The notes beneath the pieces were generated by a model, which did not search any database, was not told the origin of the DNA, and saw only the letters and a program-made list of their open reading frames with translations. From Rhynchopus sp. YZ270_cl-10 (lineage: Eukaryota), in the NCBI GenBank assembly GCA_964035575.1, contig OZ037843.1, positions 930,001 to 994,000 of the forward strand: a DNA stretch of 64,000 nucleotides, in the 5' to 3' direction. How positions within the stretch are numbered: position 1 is the stretch's first letter; every line of letters begins with the position of its first letter. Below, one piece after another: positions 36,316-47,611 of this stretch. A program made the position numbers and the translations under genes.

Positions 36316-37242
36316 ATGTTCATGCCTAGGGGAAGAGGCAGGGGGATGGGGGGCTATGGCGGGCGTGGCAGGCAGCCAGGCCTGGGGCTTCTGCTTCTGG
36401 CAGCGCAGGTACACCGTCTTGGCATTGAGAACATCCCTGCAGTGACCCTCGCGTTGATGGGGATCAATGTGGGTGCGTACTTGGGGTTCATCCCTGGATT
36501 GGGTGCGGGGGTGTGGAGGCTGTGCATGTCGTACCACAATGTGATATACTATGGCGAACACTATCGTTTGTTGACAAGCTTGTTCTCGCATGCGGATGAC
36601 TTTCATTTGTCCTTTAACATGTCGTCGTTGATGTGGAAAGGCTATAATCTCGAGCGTGCTCTGGGGCTTCCAAAATTTCTTGCGATGGTATTGATTTTTA
36701 TTGTGGCAACCCCATTGCTGCATCTTTGTATTGTTTGGCTGTGCATTGCGGCGCAGATTGGCGATGTAAGCAAAATCGCGCACAGCTGCTCTGTAGGCTT
36801 CTCAGGCGTTCTGTTCGCACTAAAAGTGGTAACCACAGTAAATTCTGAAAGGATGCACGACGTTTTCTTCGGCCTCTGCTCTGTAGAAGGAAAGTACGTA
36901 GTCTGGGCAGAGCTTGTCCTCATCCACTTCATCCACCCAGGGAGCTCCTTCATTGGACACCTTGCAGGGATCCTTGCGGGGTTGGCGTATGAGCGTGGGT
37001 TCTTTGCTGCGCTCACACCTATCCTCGAAGGACTCATTGAAGCCACAGCAAACATCCTCCAATCTACTCTTCAAGCAAACAACCAAAGGTTCCAGCAGAG
37101 GCAGGAGAGATACACTGATGACTATGGGGATGGCGGTGGGGGTGGAGGTGGAGGTGGTGACGGCAACCCTGGCGGCATGCGTGACGACGAAGCCAGACGC
37201 CAGGCTGCCGAAGCTGCACTCAGAAGACGGAGGGGTTACTGA
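36316..37242 (+). CDS. RHBDD1: Rhomboid intramembrane serine protease, RHBDD1/RHBDL4-like (308 aa)
   Basis: IPAVTLAL, YRLLTSLFSHADDFHLSFNM, LERALG, CSVGFSGVLFALK (catalytic Ser), WAELVLI..PGSSFIGHLAGILAG (catalytic His). Confidence 0.9.
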   Translation: MFMPRGRGRGMGGYGGRGRQPGLGLLLLAAQVHRLGIENIPAVTLALMGINVGAYLGFIPGLGAGVWRLCMSYHNVIYYGEHYRLLTSLFSHADDFHLSFNMSSLMWKGYNLERALGLPKFLAMVLIFIVATPLLHLCIVWLCIAAQIGDVSKIAHSCSVGFSGVLFALKVVTTVNSERMHDVFFGLCSVEGKYVVWAELVLIHFIHPGSSFIGHLAGILAGLAYERGFFAALTPILEGLIEATANILQSTLQANNQRFQQRQERYTDDYGDGGGGGGGGGDGNPGGMRDDEARRQAAEAALRRRRGY

Positions 37243-37291
37243 AAAAGAGAGAGAAAAAAAAGAGAGTTTTTTTTTTTTTACGCACATTTTT

Positions 37292-37699
37292 CATAGGTTT
37301 CGAACGCGCGTTCGCGTTTTCTGGGCGTTTTCGAGTGCGCGTTTGAAAAACGAAAAAAAAAAACGCGCGTTCGGAAAAAACGAGAAAAAAAACGCGCGTT
37401 TGAAAAACGAAAAAAAAAAAAAACGCGCATTCGAAAAAGTGGAAGCCTCATGTTTACGTGGGGAGGTTTTTCGAACGCGCGTCGAAAAAGTGGTTTTTTC
37501 GAACGCGCGTCCAGTTTTTCAAACGCGCGTTCGAAAAAACCACTTTTTCGAACGCGCGTTTGAAAAAAAAAAAAAAAAACGCCCTTTTTTTTTTACGCGC
37601 GTCCGGCTTTTCGAACGCGCGTTTTTTTTTTTTTTTCATGTGCGCGTTTTCCAATTTTGGATTTGCGCGTTTTCGATTTTCGAACGCGCGTTCGAAACC

Positions 37700-37703
<4 letters not shown>
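37292..37703. mobile_element. CATA...TATG MITE with 6-bp TSD (ATTTTT) and AACGCGCGTT repeats
   Basis: TIR CATAGGTTTCGAACGCGCGTTCG; ATTTTT flanks both ends; begins 50 nt after the rhomboid stop codon. Confidence 0.85.
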
Positions 37704-37738
<35 letters not shown>

Positions 37739-37878
37739 GTCAAATAGAGCCTACACCTATTTGGCCATAAGGCTGCGTTTTGAAAAAAAGAGGGGATAAG
37801 AAAAATGAAAAAATCAACAACAAAAGAAAAAATGGAAACTAACTTCGGGATATGAAAAAAAAAAAAAAGAAACTAATG

Positions 37879-37932
37879 GGGGCAAAAGTGGAGTTCATCC
37901 TCGGGTGTCTACACTAATACAACCAAGTTTTC
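37879..37932 (+). mobile_element. Hairpin SINE-like element with 9-bp TSD (AAACTAATG)
   Basis: AAACTAATG at 37870-37878 and 37933-37941. The paralogous host element at ~34765 lacks the insert. Confidence 0.85.
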
Positions 37933-38389
37933 AAACTAATGAAAAACAATTTTTTTTTTGTTTATCGCTCGGTAGTTTGATGTGTTTTTTTTCTCCGCTG
38001 AAGTGTTGCGTGTGATGGAAAACAGTGAGTGAGAAAACACAAGCTGGCGGGCACCTTCCGTAATTTATATTTCCTATTGTCAAGTACCTTGATTTACAAA
38101 AAAAAAACCCCCCCGGTGTGGCATTACATGTGAAACCACAAAGTAAAACCACACGCCAAGTCATTTACTTCACCGTCACGAATACCACTACCCCCACCCA
38201 CCAACTCGTACGTCACAGTAAACGAAGCCCCCCTCTTTTCGCATTGTTGTTGATTTTGTTTTGTTTTGTTTTGTTTTGTTTCGCTTTCGGAACTTTCACC
38301 AGATGGCCCACTATCTGTACACTCTCCCCCACCACCCCCTATCCCACCCTTTCACCCCACAACAGAATTCCACTTCCCCCACATCCCCC

Positions 38390-38791
38390 ATGCCCTACTA
38401 CGAAGGGCTAGGCCCGGTCCCAGAGGGACGGCCACAACGACGGTCGCTTGATTATGTGCGCATTGGGAGAGAGCTGCGCGGGGAAGGGGTGCGGGCACCT
38501 GTGCGTACGGTGGAGGTGGTGGTGCCGCACGACTCCCCGAAGGGGGCGATGAAGGGTACACGGGTGGACCACGTTGCGCAGCCCGTGCGATCGTCGGGAA
38601 GGAGAGGGGTCGCACCGACGTTGGTGCGCGAGCCAACGTTTGACGAGGCGACACTAGACCCACACCTCTACGCCGAGGCACAGAGCGAGGCACTCAGCCG
38701 CGTCAGGAGCAGGGTGCACGCTCTCACCTTGTCCGAGAATGTGCCGCCGTTTCACTACCTCCCGCACCCGGTGAGATTTCAGCCGTGCTGA
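38390..38791 (+). CDS. Hypothetical protein (133 aa)
   Basis: GC-rich island within AT-rich DNA. ATG follows a C-rich leader containing AACAG, as for neighbouring genes. No recognised domain. Confidence 0.55.
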   Translation: MPYYEGLGPVPEGRPQRRSLDYVRIGRELRGEGVRAPVRTVEVVVPHDSPKGAMKGTRVDHVAQPVRSSGRRGVAPTLVREPTFDEATLDPHLYAEAQSEALSRVRSRVHALTLSENVPPFHYLPHPVRFQPC

Positions 38792-39115
38792 GAAACAAAA
38801 AAAATGCCGTGGAAGGGAGTAGTAGGGGGGTGGTACACATGGTCATGACCGTGACTGTTGCATCGTAGCAAAGCACAACACATTGTGAAAAAAACTGCTT
38901 GTCGTGTCATGGCAAGTGTTGTAGTGTGGGTCTTGAGGGGAGGGTTGGGTGGGTGCAATAAGTATGAAGAGGCTAAAGGAAGGGGTCAATAGAGTTGGCC
39001 GTGTCTCGCTGAAGGGAGTTTTTTTTATTATTCCTGCGAAGCTTGCTTTGAAAGGAGAAATAGTATTACCCGGGTAGGGGTCGCCAAATGAACCCCTCAA
39101 AACAGGAGGGTTTGT

Positions 39116-39183
39116 TGGTGCTATGGGAAATCAGTCAACGACCTGTCAGCGACCTGTCAATATCGACCCTCCCCGGAGCACCA
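39116..39183. mobile_element. 68-bp TGGTG...CACCA element with 5-bp TSD (TTTGT)
   Basis: TTTGT|TGGTGCT...AGCACCA|TTTGT. Confidence 0.8.
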
Positions 39184-39642
39184 TTTGTGCAATCTTTAAG
39201 AAATACTTTACTTTCCTATCGATACTATTTTCTTCTTCAAAAACTTCGATTATTAAGCCAAGGCGCGGCAAAATGACGCATTCATTGATTCTGATTTTTA
39301 TGAGGCCCTCCACAGCAAGGAGGTGCTTAAGTTCATCTTTTACAAACGTTTCGCTTCTTCGTTTGTTTTTTTTTTTTTATTAGTTTCTTCCAGCCGCCAG
39401 GATTTTAAGTTTTGAAAAAGTTTTTGCTGATGATTGTTCATCAACAGAACTTTGTTAGGTGTCGGCCCCCCTAATTTCTTCTGTAGCCTTTCTGAGGTGC
39501 GGGGGTAAAAAAAAACGCTGTCCCCCCCTCAGACTCTCCCCCTGTTGTTCTTGTATTGTATTTGCCATATATTTTTCTAAAAAAAAGTCAGCTTCCCACA
39601 CCCGTCTTTTTCACCCTTTTTTTCCCCTCCTAAAAACAACAG

Positions 39643-39796
39643 TGGTGCTCCTGAAAACCCCATTTTGCGTACTTGTTGCGCACTTTGTGCACGAAAAAAA
39701 AAAAAAAAAAATACAGGAATACCCTTTTTTGCGTACTTGTTGCGTACTTAGTGCGTAGTTGTTGCGTACTTGGTATTTTTTATTTCTGGAGTACCA
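39643..39796. mobile_element. TGGT...ACCA MITE with TGCGTAC repeats
   Basis: TIR TGGTGCTCCTGAAA / TTTCTGGAGTACCA; flanks AACAG and AACAA (4 of 5 match). Confidence 0.7.
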
Positions 39797-40125
39797 AACA
39801 AAGGTTCCCCTGCCTATTGACTGTTATCATGCACACCTAGTCCCTCAGCTGTCGAACATGGCAATGAGCCAATCAAAAAGCGAGTCACCAAAAACCCTAA
39901 CTGCCTCCCTTCCATCGCCACTACCCCCTCAGTCACTCTTCTGTGGTAATGTAAAACCCCCAACCCCCCCACTGTGGTCCCCCCCTCCACATGTACAATA
40001 TTCAGCACAGGACTTACCCTATCACTGATTATCACCCATCACCATCCTTAACTTGCTTTGACAGAACGGGATCCCATCCCGACAGTACACAGAATATAGC
40101 TGGAGTTGACCTGAACACACACACG

Positions 40126-41898
40126 ATGCGGTTTGTGGAGGACGCACTCTCGCTGGGCGGCACGGTGAGCAAGGAGGAGCGTCGCAAGCGTGGCCTGTTC
40201 TTCTATATTAGCGTGGCGAAGTTTGTTGCGTCCGTGGTGGGCTCCCTCATCTCCGCAGATAGCAGCCTTCTGCTGGTCCGTGTGATGATACTGAACTCAT
40301 TGCTGGTGGCTACCTTTGGCGTGGTGACGATCCTGTGCAAGCGTAAGCTTACCCCCGCAGTCGTGCTCGCCACTGCGTTCGGCTACGCCGTGACCTGTTT
40401 TGTAGGTGACCTCAGTGCACGTACTCTGAACAGGACGTTATGGGGTAACCTCGTGCTTGTGGTGGACTTCATGCTTGTGATGCAGGTGGAGGAACGGTAC
40501 TGTGTCGGTATTGTGGTCTTCACCGTCGTGTGGCTCGTCGTCATGTGGACAGAGGAACGATGGCGTTGGGGTGCCTTAGATGCTCCGGGGCTTCCAGAGC
40601 AAGGCTACAGGCAGGAGCGTATGTTCGAGATGGTGGAGTGTGCGTCTCTGCCGTGTCCTAGTCCGTCCACAGAGTCGCTCGTGATAGCAGGCCAGGTGTT
40701 TGTCATAGACTTCATCGCAACGCGCGCCTTTGCTCGTGACCTCCTGAAGGAGCAGACATCAATGCAACGCACAATCGCGACAGTGCAGGACATCGCCTCG
40801 CTCCTTGCTGGCTACGACGTGGAGAAGGTGTCGGAGCTGCTGGAGGAGCACGGTGGTGAGCTGCCTGAGGGGATGACAGCGGCACTGCGGAAGTTGGAGC
40901 AGAACCTACGCCTGTACAAGGCGTACCTCCCGAAGACGTGTCTGCCGTTTGAGGACGAGAAGGACCAATGTGTGGAACCTGGTGGTAGTGAGCTGGATGG
41001 CACTGACAGTGACTATCAGAGCACAGTGTCAGCAGCAACATCGAGCACGTCTGCTGCAGTGCGACGCACTTCCTTCTGTGCACCGCCTCTCCTGCTCTCA
41101 TCCACAAAGGCAACACTGCTGACACTGAACATCAAAGACACCCTGCACCGCCTGGAGGAGGACAGTGCACAGTTCTCCGACCTCTTCACAACTGTTCTTC
41201 TGAAGACCCTGCAGGCAACAGACAGCAGACGTGGGATGGTGGACGTCTTTGTTGGGGACAGGATCCACTGCTCGTTCAACGCGTCGAAGCAGTGTGCGTC
41301 ACACGCAACCTCAGCACTGCACGCAGCAAGCATGCTCATGAGAGCTGGCCTGGCAGCCTCTGTGAACGTGGGTGTTGCAATGGGAACAGTGCTGCGTGGT
41401 GACATGGGTTGTGATGTGATGCGCCGCTTCAGCATGGTGGGGACACTTGTGCGTGATGTGCACGGGATGGAACGTGCAGGACGTATGCTGGGGTGCGACG
41501 TTCTCTGCAACCGTCTTTGCTTCAGCGACGCTGAGTGCGAACACGACCTGCGTCTGCTTCCGTGCAAGGTGGAGGTTGCTCGAGACTGCGAGGCACAGGT
41601 TGTGGCTGAGCTGGTTTCGAAGGAAGAAGACGCCGTGGATGTAGCAGACGAGTGGATGTACCAGATCGGCGGGAAGAAGCACTGGGAGGACTACAACCAG
41701 GCAGTGCGGAAGTACCTGAAGGGTGAGGTGTCTGCTGCTGTTGTCAACAGTGCTGCTTGCACAGAGCCTCTGGCTGCCACACCTGTACGTGTTGCTGCCT
41801 CTCCTTCGCGGACGGTACTGCGTTTACCGATCCACCAGCCTCAAGGCACGCCCGTTGGAGAGTCTTCAAGATGCTCCGTGAAGGACTTCGGGATGTGA
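40126..41898 (+). CDS. 6-TM pseudo-cyclase receptor, copy C (intact, 590 aa; divergent TM region and tail)
   Basis: Core ~40705-41700 is near-identical to the other copies, but the N-terminal TM region (MRFVEDALSLGG..) and the C-terminal tail are strongly divergent. Confidence 0.88.
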   Translation: MRFVEDALSLGGTVSKEERRKRGLFFYISVAKFVASVVGSLISADSSLLLVRVMILNSLLVATFGVVTILCKRKLTPAVVLATAFGYAVTCFVGDLSARTLNRTLWGNLVLVVDFMLVMQVEERYCVGIVVFTVVWLVVMWTEERWRWGALDAPGLPEQGYRQERMFEMVECASLPCPSPSTESLVIAGQVFVIDFIATRAFARDLLKEQTSMQRTIATVQDIASLLAGYDVEKVSELLEEHGGELPEGMTAALRKLEQNLRLYKAYLPKTCLPFEDEKDQCVEPGGSELDGTDSDYQSTVSAATSSTSAAVRRTSFCAPPLLLSSTKATLLTLNIKDTLHRLEEDSAQFSDLFTTVLLKTLQATDSRRGMVDVFVGDRIHCSFNASKQCASHATSALHAASMLMRAGLAASVNVGVAMGTVLRGDMGCDVMRRFSMVGTLVRDVHGMERAGRMLGCDVLCNRLCFSDAECEHDLRLLPCKVEVARDCEAQVVAELVSKEEDAVDVADEWMYQIGGKKHWEDYNQAVRKYLKGEVSAAVVNSAACTEPLAATPVRVAASPSRTVLRLPIHQPQGTPVGESSRCSVKDFGM

Positions 41899-42383
41899 CA
41901 AGGATATTGAGTTTGTCATGGTAAGGATGTGGTCTGCACTTTATGCCGTCTCTTTTGTTCTAGTAGGTGGTGCTGCAGGGTTTGGACCTCACGAACCTTG
42001 CTCACAGCGGTGTGTGAGCAAAAGAGATATTACAAGGTGCCTTATCCTGGGCTGGTGGCGTTGGAGCGTTGTGACGTAAATCATTAACAAATGTCAGGGT
42101 CTTCCGACTACGATATTTGTTTTTGGACAACTCCAGAATCTGAGGCAATTTTACTCTCTCTTGTGAGGCATCTGACGCACTGATCATTTCACTGTGTGCT
42201 GCGATTATTGTCCATCTTTACTACAATGAAGGATCTACTCCACTAAATATTTCGAGAAAAATAATATGGTGAACTCAGCGAGAGCGCTCTCAAATAGTGT
42301 ATTTTTACATTTCACTTTTGACTGGGGCTTCCATAGCACCACTTACGAAGGCAGGAACACACCTTTACACACCACAGTGCACA

Positions 42384-44094
42384 ATGGGCTGTCTCGAGCG
42401 TGCACTGTCGCTTGACGGGACACTGGACACGCACAGCAGACGCAGACGACTGATTTACTTTATCTTCAGCTGTGTGCTTTGTGCAGCATCGTGTCTGTTT
42501 ACTGTGATTCAGGCGTTCACCTTTCATGACAGGTATCTGTACTTGGGAGGGGTTCTTGCGTCTGTGTTGAACGGTGTCTGTTCTATTTTAGTCGTGACTT
42601 TCAGGTGCAAGCTGACCACGTTCATCATTGTTGCAGGGTGCGTGGTGTACGCACTTGCGTTGCTGTGTATAGACATGACTGGACGTACTGAGTACGTATC
42701 CATGTGGCCAATGATGGTTCTATTTGTGGACTTTCTCTTGGTGATGCAGGTGCCCACACGGTACAGCACAGTTGTCGTGGTGTGCACACTGGTGTATTTG
42801 TTTGTTATTGCTGCAGAAGAAACGTGGAGGTTTGGTCTGCTCGACATACCCGGGCTCATGCCTCAAGAACATCGACGTTCCTACGTAGAGAGCATGGGTG
42901 ACTGTGATGTGCTGCCTTGCAAGCAGAGTAATGCTGTTAACAAACTTGGAGTTACAGCTTTGGTTTTTGTTCTTGACTTCATCGCAACGCGAAGCTTTGC
43001 ACGTGGTCTCCTGAAGGAGCAGGCATCAATGCAACGCACAATCGCGACAGTGCAGGACATCGCCTCGCTCCTTGCTGGCTACGACGTGGAGAAGGTGGCG
43101 GAGCTGCTGGAGGAGCACGGTGGTGAGCTGCCTGACGGGATTGGAGCAGAACCTGCGCCTGTACAAGGCGTACCTCCCGCAGACGTGTCTGCCGTTTGAG
43201 GACGAGAAGTGCCCATGTGTGGAACCTGGTGGTGAGCTGGATGGCACTGACAGTGACTATCAGAGCACAGTGTCAGCAGCAACATCGAACACGTTTGTTG
43301 CAGTGCGATGCACTTCCTTCTGTGCACAGCCTCTCCTGCTCTCATTCACAAATGCAACACTGCTGACACTGAACATCAAAGACACCCTGCACCGCCTGGA
43401 GGAGGACAGTGCACAGTTCTCCGACCTCTTCACAACTGTTCTTCTGAAGACCCTGCAGGCAACAGACAGCAGACGTGGGATGGTGGACGTCTTTGTTGGG
43501 GACAGGATCCACTGCTCGTTCAACGCGTCGAAGCAGTGTGCGTCACACGCAACCTCAGCACTGCACGCAGCAAGCATGCTCATGAGAGCTGGCCTGGCAG
43601 CCTCTGTGAACGTGGGTGTTGCAATGGGGACAGTGCTGCGTGGTGACATGGGTTGTGATGTGATGCGTCGCTTCAGCATGGTGGGGACACTTGTGCGTGA
43701 CGTGCACGGGATGGAACGTGCAGGACGTATGCTGGGGTGCGACGTTGTCTGCAACCGTCTTTGCTTCAGCGACGCTGAGTGCGAACACGACCTGCGTCTG
43801 CTTCCGTGCAAGGTGGAGGTTGCTCGAGACTGCGAGGCACAGGTTGTGGCTGAGCTGGTTTCGAAAGAAGAAGAAACCTTAACTGCAACAGACGAGTGGA
43901 TGTACCTGATAGGCGGGAAGAAGCATTGGGAGGACTATAACACAGCAGTGCATGGGTACCTGCGTGGTGAGAGCCGTGACACGGACGTTGCAAAGGCGTG
44001 GGTGGAGGCGGGTGGGAGTGGCACACCAGCACACGCAGTTCCTTCCGGGACGTGCAGTGTTGTGTGTTCCTCCCTTCAAACCAAGCACACATAA
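42384..44094 (+). pseudogene. 6-TM pseudo-cyclase receptor, copy D (frameshifted)
   Basis: 20-nt deletion at ~43141 (GACGGGATTGGAGCAG versus GACGGGATGACGACAGCACTGCGGAAGTTGGAGCAG) splits the ORF. Confidence 0.85.
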
Positions 44095-44865
44095 CCAGCA
44101 CCGTTTCGTCTGCTGACCCCATCCACAAAGACCTCTCCCTCCACACCCTTTCTTTGCCACACCCTGCCCACCAACACCCCACCCCTCCACAGAACAGCCT
44201 CTGCCTCATCCTCCCTGCCTCCCTCCCCTTACGATGTCTGGGGAGGGGATCGAATCACCACCAAAAGGACAACATGCGCAAAGTGCATCAGAACAGCAGA
44301 CATGCCTTCAACAAGCAGAGGGCAGTTTCGTTGCTCTCTCAGGTCTTCCCAGGGTGAGGTGTGACCACGTAGGAGATAGGCCAAGCAGTGGAGAAGCTCA
44401 GTTGCAGAAGACGGTGTGCACCTCGACACGGACCTGGACACTGACCACGCAGGAAACCCAGGAGTCCATGCAAACCTCACTGGATGGAACGTGTGCTGGG
44501 AACAGTGGTCCATCACTTCTGGGGTCCGCTAGGTGGCTCAGATATTTTGAAGCCGAGTCCCACCTTCTTGAAAGGGTTCCCGTGCATCATTTTTAACTTA
44601 GCGGAAGTACTTGCGTCAGGCAGTGACGAACCCTGGACGAGCCCGATACTCCCGTTTGTTGATTGGGTGAGTAGCACAAACGTGTGGACACGAAGTCGAA
44701 GCTGATTTCTGTAAGTACCCCTTACCCTCGCGCCAGACCTCCTTGGATGGGAACCCAGTGGAGAGACCACTCCAAATTAACATTAGCTACAACATGACAT
44801 GAGAACACACCAACCTCACCACTTACGAAGGCAGGAACACACCTTTACACACACCACAGTGCACA

Positions 44866-46340
44866 ATGGGCTGTCTCGAGCGTGCACTGTCGCTTGACGG
44901 GACACTGGACACGCACAACAGACGTGTACGACTGATTTACTTTATCTTCAGCTGTGTGCTTTGTGCCGGCTGTTGTATGTTTACTGTGATTCAGGCGTTC
45001 ACCTTTCATGACAGGTATCTGTACTTGGGAGGTGTTCTTGTGTCTGTGTTGAACGGTGTCTGTTCTATTTTAGTCGTGACGTTCAGGTGCAAGCTGACCA
45101 CGTTCATCATTGTTGCAGGGTGTGTGGTGTACGCACTTGCGTTGCTGTGTATAGACATGACTGTACGCACCGAGTACGAAAACGCCTGGCCAATGATGGT
45201 GCTTGTGGTGGACTTTCTCTTGGTAATGCAAGTGCCCACACGGTACAGCACAGTTATCGTGGTGTGCACACTGGTGTATTTGGTCATCATCACTGCGGAA
45301 CAAACGTGGAGGTTTGGTCTGCTCGACATGCCCGGTCTCGAGTCTCAAGAACATCGACGTTCCCACGTAGATAGCCTGGGTGACTGTGATGTGCTGCCTT
45401 GTAAGAAGAGCAACGCTGTGAACCAATTTGGAATTGCAGCTTTGGTCTTTGTTCTTGACTTCATCGCAACTCGTGGCTTTGCACGTGGTCTTCTGAAGGA
45501 GCAGGCATCAATGCAACGCACAATCGCGACAGTGCAGGACATCGCCTCGCTCCTTGCTGGCTACGACGTGGAGAAGGTGTCGGAGCTGCTGGAGGAGCAC
45601 GGTGGTGAGCTGCCTGACGGGATGACAGCGGCACTGCGGAAGTTGGAGCAGAACCTGCGTGTGTACAAGGCGTACCTCCCGAAGACGTGTCTGCCGTTTG
45701 AGGACGAGAAGGACGAATGTGTGGAACGATGGTGGACGTCTTTGTTGGGGACAGGATCCACTGCTCGTTCAACGCGTCGAAGCAGTGTGCGTCACACGCA
45801 ACCTCAGCACTGCACGCAGCAAGCATGCTCATGAGAGCTGGCCTGGCAGCCTCTGTGAACGTGGGTGTTGCAATGGGGACAGTGCTGCGTGGTGACATGG
45901 GTTGTGATGTGATGCGTCGCTTCAGCATGGTGGGGACACTTGTGCGTGACGTGCACGGGATGGAACGTGCAGGACGTATGCTGGGGTGCGACGTTGTCTG
46001 CAACCGTCTTTGCTTCAGCGACGCTGAGTGCGAACACGACCTGCGTCTGCTTCCGTGCAAGGTGGAGGTTGCCTCTGGCTGTGAGGCACAGGTTGTGGCT
46101 GAGCTGGTTTCGAAACAACAGAGCACTTCCGGTACGGACGAATGGATGTACCAGATAGGCGGGAAGAAGCACTGGGCTTCGTACAACACAGTGGTTCGTG
46201 GGTACCTGCGTGGTGAGATCTGTGACACGGACGTTGCGAAGGCGTGGGTGGAAGCGGGTGGGAGTGGCACACCAGCACACGCAGTTCCTTCCGGGACGTG
46301 CAGTGTTGTGTGTTCCTCCCTTCAAACCAAGCACACATAA
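44866..46340 (+). pseudogene. 6-TM pseudo-cyclase receptor, copy E (internal deletion)
   Basis: Junction GTGGAAC|GATGGTGG at 45727/45728 removes 253 nt relative to copy B (3635-3887), causing a frameshift. Confidence 0.85.
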
Positions 46341-47611
46341 CCAGCACCGTTTCGTCTGCTGACCCCATCCACAAAGACCTCTCCCTCCACACCCTTTTCT
46401 TTGCCACACCTTGCCCACCAACACCACCCCACTAGCATACCTTCGCAAGTTGACCCTGATTTTGGATCTACGCGATATGTCCCTTTTGCGAATCGGGGTG
46501 GTAAGCCCTTTTGTACAACGAACGTTCCACGCGGGTGGAGAATGTGGCCAAAAGTGTTGGTATTTGAATTTTCGGATCACTGATCTTTCCACTGTGGGGT
46601 CAATTTCGAAAAATGAGCAAGTTCATGGCACATTAAATTTCGTCAAATCTGGCCCCATGAACGTGTATATGCTACGCTATGTACACTACGCGCTACGTAA
46701 TAATTTTGCAAAGGTATGCCGACTAGCCAGTATGAGTCTAGGGGATCCCGTCCGGCCGTTTTTGCTGTCCAAACCGCATTTTTTGATGAAAATCACCGAA
46801 AAAAACTCCCCAAAGCCACAAAAAATGCCTATCTGAGCACAGCTTCCAGCGGCAGTGGGCGAGTGCGGCGGTGTTGTCGGGGTGCTGGCTCTTTCCGTGG
46901 TGGCTTGCAACCTGGTCAAGGACACCGACAACGGGTGCGAATGAATCATTGCTCATGGGGGAGTACGCAAGCAAGGCTTCACTGCACTGCGGAAGAGGAT
47001 ACGTTGTCATGAAGTGGCACAGAGACGCTTGAGCCTCCGTCACTGCAGAAGAGAGGAGAGTCTTGAAGTATTCAAAGCAATGCCGAATTGCTTCCTTACC
47101 TTCAGAGTCACTGTGATGCCAGCCTGGTCTGCTTTTGTCAAACACTTTTTGGGGGTTTTGGGTGCGAAAAACGTCAAAAAAAGGAGGCGACGGAAATACT
47201 GTTATCTTCATGAGTACTCCTTCGACGTGTCTGATTGGGGCACTCGAGACAAAAATCAGGGACAGGTTTTCAGAAATATCCCTGGAGCTACTCCACCGAA
47301 AAATATATATCATAAACTCAGCGAGAGCGCTCTCAAATAGTGTATAATAAAGTGACATTTCACTTTTGACTGGGGCTTCCGTAGCACACAGAACATCGCA
47401 CCCAGGCGTTGTTGTCATTTTGGAACGGCGGTCTCGAACGTAACAGAAAGCTATCCGATTCGAACGTAAAACTGATACGTGCCACGTGAGCTAAAGGGTC
47501 GGTCATGAGTCGTGTGGTGCTTGTGATCCACCTGTTGAGGCAGGTTGACTCAGTGGCAAGATCATGTGTTGGTAATATTCTGCCAAAGAGTGGGTACTAC
47601 CAGACTGCCAA

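Noticed and set aside
36914..37799. 277-aa and 113-aa ORFs downstream of or overlapping the rhomboid
   Set aside because: Off-frame read-through into a low-complexity MITE.
1440..45730. Programmed frameshifting or RNA editing to restore copies A, D and E
   Set aside because: The lesions are different deletions (7, 20 and 253 nt) at different sites with no slippery motif; ordinary deletion or assembly error is simpler.
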